A DNA stretch of 64,000 bases from Antedon mediterranea (lineage: Eukaryota > Animalia > Echinodermata), in contig NC_092671.1 of assembly GCF_964355755.1 (NCBI RefSeq), positions 22,890,070 to 22,954,069 of the forward strand, in the 5' to 3' direction. A program made the translations under genes and the position numbers. Shown in pieces: positions 1 to 13,034 of the stretch. Within the stretch, counting starts at the first letter, position 1. Each line of letters begins with the position of its first letter. The notes below the pieces were generated by a model, which ran no database searches, was not told where the DNA came from, and was given only the letters and a program-made list of their open reading frames with translations.

Positions 1-21
1 TCGTATATATTAGAATTTGTA

Positions 22-88
22 ATCTTAGGTGTTGGGTCTTAGGTTTCATGATCTTAGGTCTTAGGGGGTCTTAGTTTTCGTGACACCC
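22..88. repeat. Terminal part of a non-autonomous DNA element with repeated (GG)TCTTAG motifs
   Basis: TCTTAG recurs about 5 times and the stretch ends in ...TTTTCGTGACACCC. No partner end is visible in the window. Confidence 0.35.
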
Positions 89-449
89 TAGGCTGGACCC
101 ACCATTTGAAATTTTTGTTTTTTCTATGTAGGCCTACAGTATGTCCATATATCTGCTCACATCACTCTCTTTAAAGCAAAGACAATAAAAGTTTTATATC
201 AAATATTAATTTTTTTTTCCATAATAAAGCTAAAAGTGTAAACTTACTAAGAAAGAATCTCAGGTCTATACAAATGTTAAAATCAATTCATGATTAATAT
301 TTTAAACCCATCACAATCTGACTTTAGAAAGAAACATTCCACAAATACAACACGTTTAGATGTATCTGACTATATTCTAAATAATTATAATGATGGTAAT
401 GTAACTGCTGCAATATATATATTAATTATTATGTGTTAATTGTTTCAAA

Positions 450-3400
450 CCTGGGCACACAGGAAAGGAGTGCTTGCGTCAAATTACTTGCGACATAGAT
501 GACTGTGGTAAGAAACACAGCAAATATCTGCATATTCCACGTTACGTAACCAATTCTCCACTAATCCACCTAACTCTTCAGTGACTACAGCACCAACCAC
601 CAGCACCACTCCTCTGATGCAAGTGGAGTTAGTTCAAGGAAACAGCAAGTTTATTCAAGCAAATCCTGGCCGATTGTTGCTGTCCGTGTACATACAGGTG
701 GAACATCTAGTTAAGCAACCTATGAACAGTCTGGTAGCTGTTGAAAGCTGAATACAAGTAGTCCCAGCACCAAAACTACCTTATCCATCAATGATCAGAG
801 GCTCCATTAGTCTAAAAGATGGCCACTATTCCATGAATATTTCATTCAAGCACAGACCACCAAACCTACCTGATAATCGTCAGATGGTAGACCGTAGATT
901 GTAGCTGTTGGGTAAACAATTGACACAAGACCCAGTTCTGAAGAAAAAATATGTAACTGAAATTCATAAACTACTTGCTGATCGACATGCAGAACTTGTC
1001 CCGAAAGACGACCTCTAAAGAGCTGACGGTTGCGTACGGTACCTCCCGCATCACCCGGTGTTTAACCCAAAGAAGCCAGACAAATGCCGAATCGTTAAAT
1101 GATCAGGTACACCAAGGACCAAATTTGACCAATAAACTAATTGGCGTCCTTCTTCGTTTCCGACAAGAAGCTGTTGCGTTCACAGCCGATATCCAGGGCA
1201 TGTTTCACCAAGTTGTTGTAAATCCTGCCGATCGTGACGCACTGCAGTTCTTATGGTGGAAAAATGATGACTCATACAACATGCCTCTAGCGTATAGAAT
1301 GACTATTCATTTATTTGGAGGAGTTTGGAACCCAAGTTGCGCCAATTATGCTGTTCATCGAACTGTCGAGGATAACGCAAGTGAATACAGCAATGCTGCA
1401 AGGCTGAGAATTAAGCATAACTTTTACGTAGATGATTGTTTAAAATCTGTAGCGTCTGTTGACAAAGCCATATATCTTGTACATGAAGTTAAAAGACTAT
1501 TGCAGTGTGGACCCTATGTACTGCGAGCAAAGATGAAATTTCAGCAACTATGCTGCTGCAAATACGACTGGGATGATCCCATACCAACTGAGAGTGCTGA
1601 TCAGTGGAATCGATGGCTCATTGACCTCCCTACTGTAAGGGATCTGAAGGTACTACGTTGTTTTAAGCCCATTGGGCTTCACATCAAATCCAGCCAACTA
1701 CATCATTTTGTCGACGCATCCGAAGCTGGATACGGAGTAGTAACGTACCTTAGAATGATAGATTCCTGTGATAAAACCATTGTAGTATTCTGATGTCCAA
1801 ATCGAGATTTGCGCCTTTGAAGACCACAACCATCCCAATGTTGGAGCTGACCGCAGCCGTCGAAGCAATCGAATTAGACAAGTTATTGCTGCGTGAGCTA
1901 GAAATTTTGCTGTTGGAATCCACCTTTTGGTCGGACAGCATGATCGTCTTATGGTATATTCAAAATGATGAGTGTCGCTTCCAGACTTACGTAGCAAACC
2001 GTGTTTCGGTAAAGGAACAGAGTTTTCCGCACCAATGGCGATACATTGACACAAAGAGGCATCCAGAGGTTTGACTGCAAGCAAGTTGGTTAATAACCGC
2101 AGATGGGTTAGCGGACCATCGTTCCTGTGGAAAGGTAAAGAAACATGGCCAACTCTACCACCTTTCAAATGCGCAGAACTTGAAGCAAAGGCGGAAATAA
2201 AAAAAAAAACGCAAAAAATCTACACATTTGTGAATAATAATAACGCTACTGTCGAACAACTCTTAAAACGATACTTTTCCTGATACTGGCTGAAGCGAGC
2301 TGTGGCATGGATTATGCGCTTCAAAACCTTTATGTTGAAACCTGCATGCCCAATTACTGGGAAACTAACGGTAAACGAGCTTAGGAAAGCAGAAGAATCC
2401 ATCTACCGGTATAATCAAACAAATAGCCTGAAGCCTGAGCAGATTAATTCGCTTAAAAGGTAGAATCCTATCCTGAAAGAAGACGGTCTGTGGAGTGCGA
2501 GGTAGATTAGAAAAAGCCAATGTATCATACCAAACCAAGCATCAAGTATTGCTACCATCAAATCACCATGTTAATTGTCGAACATCACCACTTAAGAACG
2601 GGTCACGCTGGAGCTGAATGCACTTTGGCTGAAACCAGACTAAAATATTGGATTGTTCGAAGGTCGCCCCACCGTGAAAGGTATCTTGTCCAAATGTATA
2701 ACATGCAGGAAGTTGAGAGCAAGTACAGATGATGGGAAATCTTCCTGAAGCCTGGGTTAAATCAAATGAAACGCCGTTCAATAGAGTAGGTATCTTTGGA
2801 CCGTTTATAATAAAAAAGAGCCTGTAGCGAATTGAAAAGATATGGATGTATCTTCACTTGCCTCGCCACTCGAGCCATTCACTAATAGGTTTCACACACT
2901 TTGGACACCGACTCGTTCATTAACGCCTTACAACGCTTTATTGCACGTCAGGGTGAGTCAGCCAAAATTCACTTAGATAACAACACAAACTTAGTAGATG
3001 CTCAACGGCAATTAAACCAAGCACTTAAAGGATGGAACCAACATAATATAGGTGACTTCTTGCAACAAAAGGAAATCGAGTGAATATTTAATACTTCTAC
3101 TGCGTCACAAATGAGTGGAGCCTGGGAGAGGCAAAATCCGTGCTGTGTGGCGTATTGGGTCAGCAGAAACTAGATAATGAAGGATTATCAACACTGATGA
3201 GCATAGTAGAAAGCATAGTGAACAGTCGTCCCATAACTAAACTTTCCAGTGATCCAGATGATCCCTCACCCTTTACACCTAACCACCTATTGCTTATGCG
3301 TGCTGGACCATCATTACCTCCTGGCATATTCGTTAACCAAGACTTGTATAAGCATTGTTGGCGTCAAATTCAGTATATGGCGGACATTCTTTGGAAACGA

Positions 3401-4151
3401 TGGTTAAGTGAATATCTTCCTGCCCTACAACAGCGCCAGTAATGGTTAAAACCAAGAAGAAACCTACAGAAAGGGGACCTGGTTCTAATGAAAGCAGAGA
3501 ACACACCTCGTTACCAATGGTCTTTAGGATTGATCACCAAGATTTACCCTGGCACCGACGGACAGGTTTATTCTGTTGAAGTTAAAACCCAAAACGGGTG
3601 TATATGATAGGCCAATTGTTAAAATTTGCGCACTATATGTAATTAAATGTAGTTAGATTCAGAAAATCAGACATTTAATGATACACAGGTGATAAATGCT
3701 TTATTTTGCGAATCCTGCTAAAAACATGGAACTGGGTTACTTATTATTTATTACTTGATATGAAGAGTACATTATGTATATACAATGTATTGGGGTCGGG
3801 GTGTTAGTAATGCAGCGCTTTATTTCTGCTATAATATGTAAATTTCCCATTCCCTTTTGTTTCTAGTATTCCCTTTTATTGTGCTGCGCTTGTCGCTGTC
3901 GTTCTTTTCATTTGTGAGCGGTAATCCTATGCACACCTTTGTAATACACCAGAAATGCTAGTGATGTAAGTTCGTTATTTGCTTCCTTTGATTAATCTCT
4001 GTAGTTTAGTTTAGGCTTAATACAATATTTGTACATTTTGTTAATTTAACCTGTATACATTTTAGTTCTTTACTTCTTCTTTGGAAGTTTTTTTTGTATA
4101 CCAAATAACGTACAACGCTACGAGCATTACAACGCTGATGATACCACTTCA
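450..4151 (+). mobile_element. Degenerate, 5'-truncated BEL/Pao LTR retrotransposon (gag remnant, RT, RNase H, integrase, 3' LTR)
   Basis: Gag knuckle GHTGKECLRQITCDIDDCGKKHSKYLH near 452-533. RT motifs SLNDQVHQGPNL, LLRFRQEAVAFTADIQGMFHQV, FYVDD. RNase H QLHHFVDASEAGYG, SKSRFAPLK-TIPMLELTAA. Integrase DTDSFINALQRFIAR, NSRPIT, TPNHLL, WKRWLSEYLPALQ. Purine-rich GGGGTCGGGG followed by TGTTAG at 3802 as the likely 3' LTR start; LTR end is uncertain. Many stops and frameshifts. Confidence 0.93.
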
Positions 4152-4850
4152 GAGAATTTGATTGATAATGTGATTTCACAAAATGGCGAATAAATGACGT
4201 CACGAATGAGTGAAAAGCTTTTAAAAAAGCTTATTAGGATTAAGTTAATTATTTAAAAGATAGTGTGAAAAGTTTGTGATCATTAACATTTAACTTTTTG
4301 AGATAATTGACACAAAAAATCTGTACAGAAAGAAATAAAGAATAAAGATTTTATACAATAACAATAGTTGATCATTTTATTTTAAATGATCACCTAATAA
4401 AGATTTCATACAATAACAATAGGTGATAATTTTATTCTAAATGATCGGCTAATAAAGATTTCATACAATAACATGTAGAAGCGATTTCTTTGAAATTTGC
4501 GTAACTTTGACAAAAGAGATAAAAATCAACCAACTGGACATATGACAACGTCGTTGAACTTCCAAATGAAGTTTATATAGAGTGAATTTAATTGATATCT
4601 TACAAGCAGTTTCGATAATATGCTGGATTATGTGAATTCACAAAATGGCGCATGAATGTCGTCATTGATCACGCTCAAGCTTATTATGACAAAAATATGG
4701 TGAAAATTTAAAACCACTGAGATTGAAATTTTTTTAGATAATCGGTACACAAAATCTAATCAAAATAAATAGGAAGAAGAAAAAGAAGACTAAAGATTTA
4801 TACAATAAAAGTGATCATTCTATTATAAATGATATGGCCGGAATAATTTG
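4152..4850 (-). repeat. Fragments of HINE/DINE-1-like Helentron derivatives, including repeated 5' ends
   Basis: Reverse complement of the 5' part of the 22251-23829 element. The block AAAGATTTCATACAATAACAATAGGTGAT is repeated about 3 times at 4344-4472 and again near 4790. Confidence 0.75.
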
Positions 4851-4862
4851 GTAACTTGTTAA

Positions 4863-5716
4863 CCCTTTCACTGCGGAGCATTATTCCCACCTCTGTGCGT
4901 AATGTATATTTAAGAAAAACATATGGTATTTTAATAAATTGCAAAAAAATACTAATTGAGATAATTGTGTAATTATTTTTGTGGTGTGTGATGGGCAAAG
5001 GGTTAGTCTACAGTTAGGTATAAAAAAAAAGTAATTTGCATATTGATGACGTCATGTGATGTCATTACAGGTATTTTGGATTTCGTGTTTTTTATCGAAT
5101 CAATGATAAAAACTATATTTTCTATAATAAATTCTTATGGAATACGTTTTTCCAACTGGATATTGATGAAGATACGTATAACAAATAAAAATATAAAAAA
5201 AAATTGAATTATTTTTATTGTTTTATAAAAATTATGCACAAATCAAAGTTTTGGGGCAAAATCGTGAAAATAATGACATTTTCCAAAAATTTACTATAGT
5301 ACAAAACTAACTATTGTTTCAGAATTTTTTTTTTTTGCGTGTTGTGATAAACACAATGTTGCCCTATTGGGGCTGGTAAATTTTGGTTACTTTCAAAATG
5401 GCCGCCATTACGCTACTCAAAACAACTTTTCAAGATAGAATACTATTATATACACTATACTATATATAATATAACTATAGAGGGCGCATGATTTTCAAGA
5501 CAATAATACAGCTATAGAGGGCCGTTTTTTTTGCTTGAAAAATTTTTTAATGACTTGCAAAAATATTCAAGTTCATCGAACAAATATAGAGGGTGCTATA
5601 TATTATAGGCAAATACTATTAAATCATTGTTTTGCCCATACCTGGTATTACCAGGTATACGCACTTCAACGACGTTTGTTTATACCCGGTAGTACCGGGT
5701 ATACGCAGTGAAAGGG
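4863..5716. mobile_element. Non-autonomous piggyBac-type element (MITE)
   Basis: TTAA|CCCTTTCACTGCG ... CGCAGTGAAAGGG|TTAA gives 13-bp TIRs with CCC/GGG ends and a TTAA TSD (4859-4862, 5717-5720). Subterminal palindromes at 5638-5705. No ORF. Confidence 0.9.
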
Positions 5717-6129
5717 TTAAGTTGTGATTCGATTGTATTTTATTTTTATGAATGTTTCTAACACATTAATGTGTATTAAAAATAATGATCATCAATAGGG
5801 ACAATTGCCAGTAATGTAGCAGAAATATATTTGTGTGTTCCAAAACCAGAACCAGTAATGAAACACAATAAGATTTGTCCATGTTTCATTCAACAAACAA
5901 AAAATATATGTTATAAACTGCATTGTACTATACTATTGTTTTATTTTTGTCTTATTTTTCCACTTTTTTAGGGGAGAATGGTCACTTTTGGACAGAAAAC
6001 CTCAGAACCCCAAACACTGTAATGTTGATTATGAGTGCGACTTCCAGCCATCGAGGTGTAATTTTCTTAAAATTAAAAGGCGTAGGCTAGGGGGTTGTGC
6101 GGATGCACCCTCCCAAAAAGGCAAAAGGG

Positions 6130-6600
6130 TTTTCAAAGTGCAATTTATGAAGACCTGCAGCTCTAGTTTTCAAAATTTTCATACCTCAGCCCCAACAATA
6201 CAGCTGATCCTGGATAACTATAAATTTTGTTTCATATTTCAAAGTATAAGTGGATTTTCCGGGGATCTATTTTACATAAAATTCTTAGCTCCATCTCCAC
6301 CATGGTGGGCTAGTCCTGTAGACTTATAATTTTGTTTCATATATAAATGTATAAGTGCAATTTCCGGGCACCTAGCAACTCTATTTTTCAAAATGTTCTT
6401 GCTCCAACCATGGTAGGGTCCTGGAGATAATGCAATTTCTGGGGACCTAAGCTCTAATCTTCAAAATGTTCTTATATTATACAGGTTGAGGGATTATATC
6501 AGATCAATAAATTTGTTTTGATGAATAATGTGACATATTTGAAGGTGCCAGGCAGAATATCTCAGCCCCACCATGGTTGAGTTTTGAAAATATTTACCAT
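6130..6600. repeat. Degenerate tandem-like repeat (roughly 100-130 bp period)
   Basis: Recurring CTC(T)ANTTTTCAAAAT, CCACCATGGT and TTTCCGGG motifs; the last copy is inverted. Confidence 0.4.
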
Positions 6601-6901
6601 TAAAAGCAGGTGACCATACCAATACCAATGTACAGTAAAATCGAGCTAGGCCTACACTTCTACAGATTCTCTTCGGATGTATGTGTTTTTGCTGATGAAG
6701 CCTGGGAATTCCCCTTCTAAAACACATGCATCATCATTCCACAACGTAAAAAGTGATGGTTAATCAATGCAGTCATGTTATAATGACAATAATGTAGCCT
6801 AGGACTGTAGGTAGGAAAGTGAATGTGAAAGTGAACAAGGATCATGAGTAAGACATATGGAAGTGTGAAGTGTTATATAAGAAAGTACAACTATATTATA
6901 A

Positions 6902-7975
6902 CTAGAATTTAATGGGCCCGAATTTAATTCGTCACTTTGACGAATTATAGGTAATCATTTTTATAATTTTACTGATTTGATTTTTACAAAACATGCACGT
7001 ACGATAAATTTGAACGCAAAATATGAGTATCCTATTACCTGATAGTGATGATTGGTGCCTTTTATATGTCATAGAATATAATACTCTATACGGTACAGTG
7101 TACTGTATATCTATATACAGTGTAAAAACTAACATAGGTGAAATTACGGGAACCACACCATGTTCTAATTTTTTGGTATGATGACGTTGTCAAAATAAAC
7201 TTGAAGATCACAGTTTCGAAAGATAATGAATTGAGCAAAAAATTATAAGATTTGGAAGAAAATTTGGCACGTAGAAGCGCACTGCGTGCTCTTTGAAATT
7301 TGTATAAATTTGGCGAAAGAGAAAAAAAAAATGTTTTAACTTCAACTGGCCATTTCATAACGTCACAACATCCGATAGGCTTGATTTTTATATGAATTCA
7401 TAACTACATTTTATCAGCTTTCATAATAAATTATAATCATCAAGGTCACCTTTAATTCTGAAGAGCTGTAAGATATTAAAAAATATGGTGTAGGTGAAAT
7501 TACATGACCTACGTTATTCAAGTTTTTACGCGTGATGACGTCATCAAAATGAAAATGTTGACAACACATTAGAAAGATAATGAATTGAGCAATCATATAC
7601 AGTACTAAAATTGGAGCGAAAATCGGGCACAAAATAACCGAGATGCGCTCTGTTGAATGTGATAACCTATGAAAAAAGAGAAAAAACTCTAATTTTAAAA
7701 TTCAAGTGGCTTCCAGATAAAGTTAAAAAAATTGGGGTTCATCGTGCATTCAGAAGAATTATTTTCATTTTAAAAATGCCTTATTTTCAGCACTTCGATG
7801 CAATTAATGTGCACATTTTGTCATTTTTAACCTGCTTGTATATTTTAAGTCGGAACGGACTCAAATTTGGTGAATGTACTAAGAAAAAACATGTTTTTGC
7901 GCAGTAATTTTTTGAAGCACGCAAATGCTCATGCTCTAAATTGATCAAAACTTAATTTAAACCTTTTAAATTTTT
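6902..7975 (-). mobile_element. HINE/DINE-1-like non-autonomous Helentron copy (3' portion)
   Basis: Reverse strand ends with subTIR AAATGATTACCTA, hairpin AATTCGTCAAAGTGACGAATT and CTAG. The body matches the 20756-23829 copies. Confidence 0.85.
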
Positions 7976-8262
7976 AACAATAATTATTTATTAAAGATAA
8001 AAGCAAATTTAGATTTAAACGAATTTCCCCGAATACCGTAGGTGTTTTCATAAACTGTTTTACATTATGATTAAATAGTATGTTAAATTGAACTTATGAT
8101 CCTATTTCTTTCCGTATCCAACTTTTATAAACATTACATGCTAGTAGGAAGGAATATATTATATTGAGGGCAGACTAGTACACAAACACATATTTTGCTG
8201 TTGTTGAATGAAGTTGTTATTAAAGATAAATAATTAAAATGTGTCAGCATCATTATTATAGT

Positions 8263-11200
8263 GGGTCATTCCATGCCAAATCAACAAATCAGTTGGCAGG
8301 TAATCTCTTAGATTTTGCTGATTTTTTTTCCTAAGGTACCTCTATCTATATAATGAACACATGCAAAAAAATTAGCCCTCAATTCCAAGCGGTTTCGGAA
8401 ATATGGCCGTTTTAAATTTGGTCGTCTCGCCCCATTTTTCGTTCCAAAATCGCGGAGTTTAATATTTTGTGTTTTTGGAGGCTTATATTTCCACAACGGA
8501 CAAATATATTAAGCTGAAAATTACTACCCATGGATAATTCCCACTCAATAAACAGAATCTCGTGAAAAAAAAATTTGATCTCTACTACTTTGGAAGATAC
8601 AGCAGTCCGAAAACCCATTTTCGTTAAGCAAAATTAGCTTTTTTCGATTTTCGGCAGCCCTGTATACCCACAATAGCATTCATAGAGTGTTCAAACTTTT
8701 TAATTCTGTTATATAAGTACATACATTTACTCTAAAATAATAATATAATATTTTAAAGCTGAAATAACAAAATAACTAGTACCCAAAGTATGGTCCGGGG
8801 GAAAAAACCATGAAAATAGCCCATTTTCTCGTTGACCTTTGACCCCGTAGATGAATCTTGACAAACTTCAAAATTGCGTTAATTATTAAATACATATCAG
8901 ATCTATATCTGATTCAAATTTGAAATTTGCAACTCCACTGCTTCATGGTTATCTAAATTTTATATACAGTGCTACTTTTTCATTTTTATATACTTTTTTT
9001 ATACTATAGCCGTTTTTCGTACTTTTTGAGTTCTCTAAACTGATAATTAGAACTATTAACATTTTAAAATTAATCAATTTTAGCTAACTTTTTGTGCTGA
9101 TTCCAAAAATGTAAACAGATTTACCATATCTTGTTTTATTCCTATTGATACTGTAGCCTAAAAATGATCGAAAATGAAATTTATAGGATTTCTTTGTACA
9201 TATTGAAACACAACTTACATGTAAACTGGATGGTATTACTTTGTATTTCAACCATGCACATGCCAATTTTGATATATGTATGTATAATAATAGTGTTCAG
9301 CTATTTAAAATTTGGTAACAGTGCTATAATACGTTTGTGGTCCGCTTCCAATAATTTGTACTGCCGACCTCCATGACCTTGTATCTCTGGAGTTTAATAC
9401 CACAGATAATATCCTGAAACGGCACATAACATTGGTTAGCTGGATTATCTGATGGCCAGTTAAGATTGCCTGTGCGTATTGATTTTTTCATGAACTTAAC
9501 ATGTACATCACTGTTTTCATCTGAACGTTCATCCATAGTTCCAATGTACCACTCCTTTCATACATACAAGCAATATATTTACCAGGTTGATAGTCATCAT
9601 TCGGAATTGAAATGTTTTCTTCTTCACTACCTAACTAAACACACAGTGCTGTAAAAGTCATCTTCAGACAATCTGCGCATTTCAAGCTTTCCTGCAGATA
9701 TACCGGAATAAAGCTATGATGGGAGCGAGTACCCATAATAGTTTTTGATGATAAATAGCGTTCCTCTCTAGTTTGTAAGCATCTGTATTTTTCTGTACAT
9801 CCTTATCAAATACAAAGAAGAATTTGATGCCAGCAATATTTTTAGAGACCCAGTCAAACATTTGAAGAGCCGTGAGGATTTGGTTTCCTTCTGTTGCCTG
9901 TAAACTTGTTCGTGCAACAAGCCTCTTCACTGTACCGCAGATACCATCACATGGGCTTTTTCCATGACTAGTGGCAAAAAAATGCCACCTGGGCATTAAT
10001 GCATGATCAGATTGGTGATGACATAGGTTTGTGAGGTTTTTGTAATTTTTATACTGGCTTGCTGCACCATCACTATAGTAAATTAATTTAGTTGTATGTG
10101 GTAAGATTTCTTTTAAAAATAAGATGCCAACACATTTAATAAATGCATGAACTGTTGATGTTGCATGTCTAAGGAAGGCAGTCCGAAATAACACAGACAC
10201 TAATGCACTTGAGATCTTCATTCTCCTTATAGTATATAGCAAATGGGTGGAGTGTTGCCTGGCTATTGTCCCAATAGAATAGTTTTCTGCAAAGTCTAAC
10301 AGTACGATGGCTTCATCTCCTGCTGCTAACTGCTCTAAGGTTTCGCAAGTAGTAGGCAGCCTGGGCTAGCTTTTGTTACAAAATAGTGTTGACAAAGTTT
10401 ATCTAAAGCATCGCATAGTGTCTAAAGGAGTTCTTGAATTGACAGTTGTAAAGATGCAAGTTGTGTTCTGTCTGTGTGCATCCATTGCTTGTAATTAACA
10501 GAATCCTCCATGTCAACTTCGTAGTCTGAGCACACTTGCGACATCGACAAATAGCTCATGAGGGCTGCTTTACCACCAGGACAGTTGGTACAAGACCGCA
10601 TCATGCAGTCCCGATTACTTATGTCGCATACCATTCTTGCGAGCAGGTCTTTGTATTCTTGTTTATTAGGAAGAGCTGCAATAAGAAGCTTCACATTTTG
10701 ATGTTTTTGGCAGACATGGGTATGTCCATGGTTGAAGGATACCACCCAGTGACATGTAGTTAGTGGTTTCAATAAACAAAGAAATCCTATAAATTTCATT
10801 TTCGATCATTTTTAGGCTCCAGTATCAATAGGAATAAAACAAGAAATGATAAATCTATTTAAATTTTTGGAATCAGCACAAAAAGTTAGCTAAGACTGAT
10901 TAATTTCAAAATGTTAATAGTTCTAATTATCAGTTTAGAGAACTCTAAAAGTACGAAAAACAGCTATAGTATAAAAAAAGTATATAAAAATGAAAAAGTA
11001 GCACTATTTATAAAATTTAGATAACCATGAAGCAGTGGAGTTGCAAATTTCAAATTTGAATCAGATATAGATCTGGTATGTATTTAATAATTAACGCAAT
11101 TTTGAAGTTTGTTAAGATCCATCTACGTGGTCAAAGGTCAACGAGAAAATGGGCTATTTTCATGGTTTTTCCCCCCGGACCATACTTTGGGTACTAGTTA

Positions 11201-11718
11201 TTTTGTTATTTCAGCTTTAAAATACTATATTATTCTTTTAGAGTAAATGTATGTACTTACATAACAGAATTAAAAAGTTTGAACACTCTATGAATGCTAA
11301 TGTGGGTATACAGGGCTGCCGAAAATCGAAAAAAGCTAATTTTGCTTAACGAAAATGGGTTTTCGGACTGCTGTATCTTCCAAAGTAGTAGAGATAACTT
11401 TTTTTTTACACCAGATTCTGTTTATTGAGTGGGAATTATCCATATGTAGCAATTTTCAGCTTAATATATTTGTCCGTTGCGGAAATATAAGCCTCCAAAA
11501 ACACAAAATATTAAACTCCGCGATTTTGGAACGAAAAATGGGGCGAGACGCCCAAATTTAAAACGGCCATATTTCCGAAACCACTTGGAATTGAGGGCTA
11601 ATTTTTTGCATGTGTTCATTATATAGATAGAGGTACCTTAGGAAAAAAAATCAGTAAAATCTAAGAGGTGACCTGCCCAAATTTTGTTCAGATTTGTTGA
11701 TTTGGCATGGAATGACCC
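8263..11718 (-). mobile_element. Sola2-type DNA transposon with ~935-bp TIRs and an internally deleted transposase
   Basis: TAGT|GGGTCATTCCATGCCAAATCAACAAATC ... GATTTGTTGATTTGGCATGGAATGACCC|TAGT gives a 4-bp TSD and GGG termini. TIRs span about 8263-9197 and 10776-11718. Transposase motifs lie between them. Confidence 0.88.
9324..10775 (-). pseudogene. Sola2-like DDD transposase pseudogene (central and C-terminal part)
   Basis: HTHVCQKHQNVKLL, CMMRSCTNCPG, YKQW, YYSDGAASQYKNYKN, WHFFATSHGKSPCDGICGTVKR across frameshifted ORFs 10422-10799, 9682-10242 and 9324-9536. Confidence 0.85.
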
Positions 11719-11852
11719 TAGTCACAAGTTTGTCCATCAGAATAGCGAGAAGATATACAATTATTAATTGTGAATGTTCTTTTTTTCCCCATACATTTTT
11801 CTACTTTTTCTTGTAATTTATAAGCTATGACAACAAATTATTCATCATTTAC

Positions 11853-12322
11853 CTGGCAACTTTTCAATTGTCTTGTCTTGTTTATCAATATTCTCAATAG
11901 GTTCTTCATCATCTGTATGTCCAGTGAAAATGTCTGCTAAAGCTTTTTCCAGATGTTGATGATCTTCATAATCAAGATTAGTTACATTTTCTTGATTTTC
12001 TTGATTCTGATTTGCATGATTTATTAAAGATATTTCCTCCATTGCAACATTTTTCAATGTAAGTTTGTTCTGCTCATTGGCAATCTTTTCAACTGTAACT
12101 GGATTCTTAGAATCTTTTACAGAAAATATACACTCTTCTGTAATAATCTGATGACATTTAGAGGCTTCCTTGACAGCAGCATTGACTGAATTTGATGCAT
12201 TGTCTTCTTCATCTGAAGAAATTATAATTATGTTCTCTCTGACTGTAGTAGATAAACTCTGCTGTTCTTTATTTGTTATTTCACAATTAGTTCTAATTCT
12301 TTCTGGTGAATCCACAACAGAC
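11853..12322 (-). CDS. SETDB1: SETDB1 exon within the low-complexity SET-domain insertion (470 nt, phase 2 to 1)
   Basis: Acceptor ttttgctatcatAG|GTCTGTTGTGGAT and donor CCAG|GTAAAT. Open acidic frame (W)SVVDSPERIRT...IIIISSDEEDN...IEKLP, phase-compatible with the upstream exons. Assigned by phase and position, not by conserved motif. Confidence 0.72.
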
Positions 12323-12775
12323 CTATGATAGCAAAATATAAAATATTGTACTGTATTGACATTTAATTAAGGTTCATATAGGATGGTAGACTACATGCTG
12401 TCTTTTATTTACTGATGTTAAATTTCATTTTGACCGTGTTCGTACGGCGATTGAAATACACGTTTATTTGGTTTTTACCCTTGGGGTAAAACCCATACGA
12501 CGTTCGTACGAATAAACAAAGTACCGGTAAGCTGACACGAAACCAATTAAGATCGGAATTCTTAGGTCAAAAAGCGGCCTCTGTGCGTCGACCCATATCA
12601 ATTGACATGGCGTGTTGACAAATTCAACTGGATATTGCATGTCGTTTCGCGCACGAATCGTTCAATTATTATTTTTCAATCGACAACCAGACCTATATAT
12701 TTATAATACATCGAATACAATTTACTTTTTAAATAAATAATGATCGAAAATCCTGCTAACGTATGTTGTTTGTTG

Positions 12776-13034
12776 ACCACGTGTATTTATCGTGCGAGCC
12801 GAACTATTGTTGTGGAAATTCCATTTAATGTACACGCACTGTACCCCTCTTGTAAAAATCACCACGTGTTATTTATCGTGCGAGCCGAACTATTGTTGTG
12901 AAAATTCCATTTAATGTACACGCACTGTACCCCTCTTGTAAAAATCACCACGTGTATTCTTCGTGCGAGCCGAACTATTGTTGTAAAAATTCCATTTAAC
13001 ACGCACTGTACCCCTCTTATCGTGCGAGCCGAAC
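12776..13034. repeat. Tandem repeat of about 86 bp, about 3 copies
   Basis: CCACGTGTATTTATCGTGCGAGCCGAACTATTGTTGTG...CACGCACTGTACCCCTCTTGTAAAAATCA is repeated almost identically. Confidence 0.9.

Noticed and set aside
6656-6716. Candidate further SETDB1 exon (minus strand, tttAG|AAGGGG..AAGT|GTAGGC)
   Set aside because: Open in phase 1, but the donor is weak and there is no conserved motif; it cannot be supported without transcripts.
8308-8618. Short ORFs mirrored at 11355-11561 (likewise 45729 and 48350)
   Set aside because: Chance ORFs duplicated by TIRs or by the Helitron copies.
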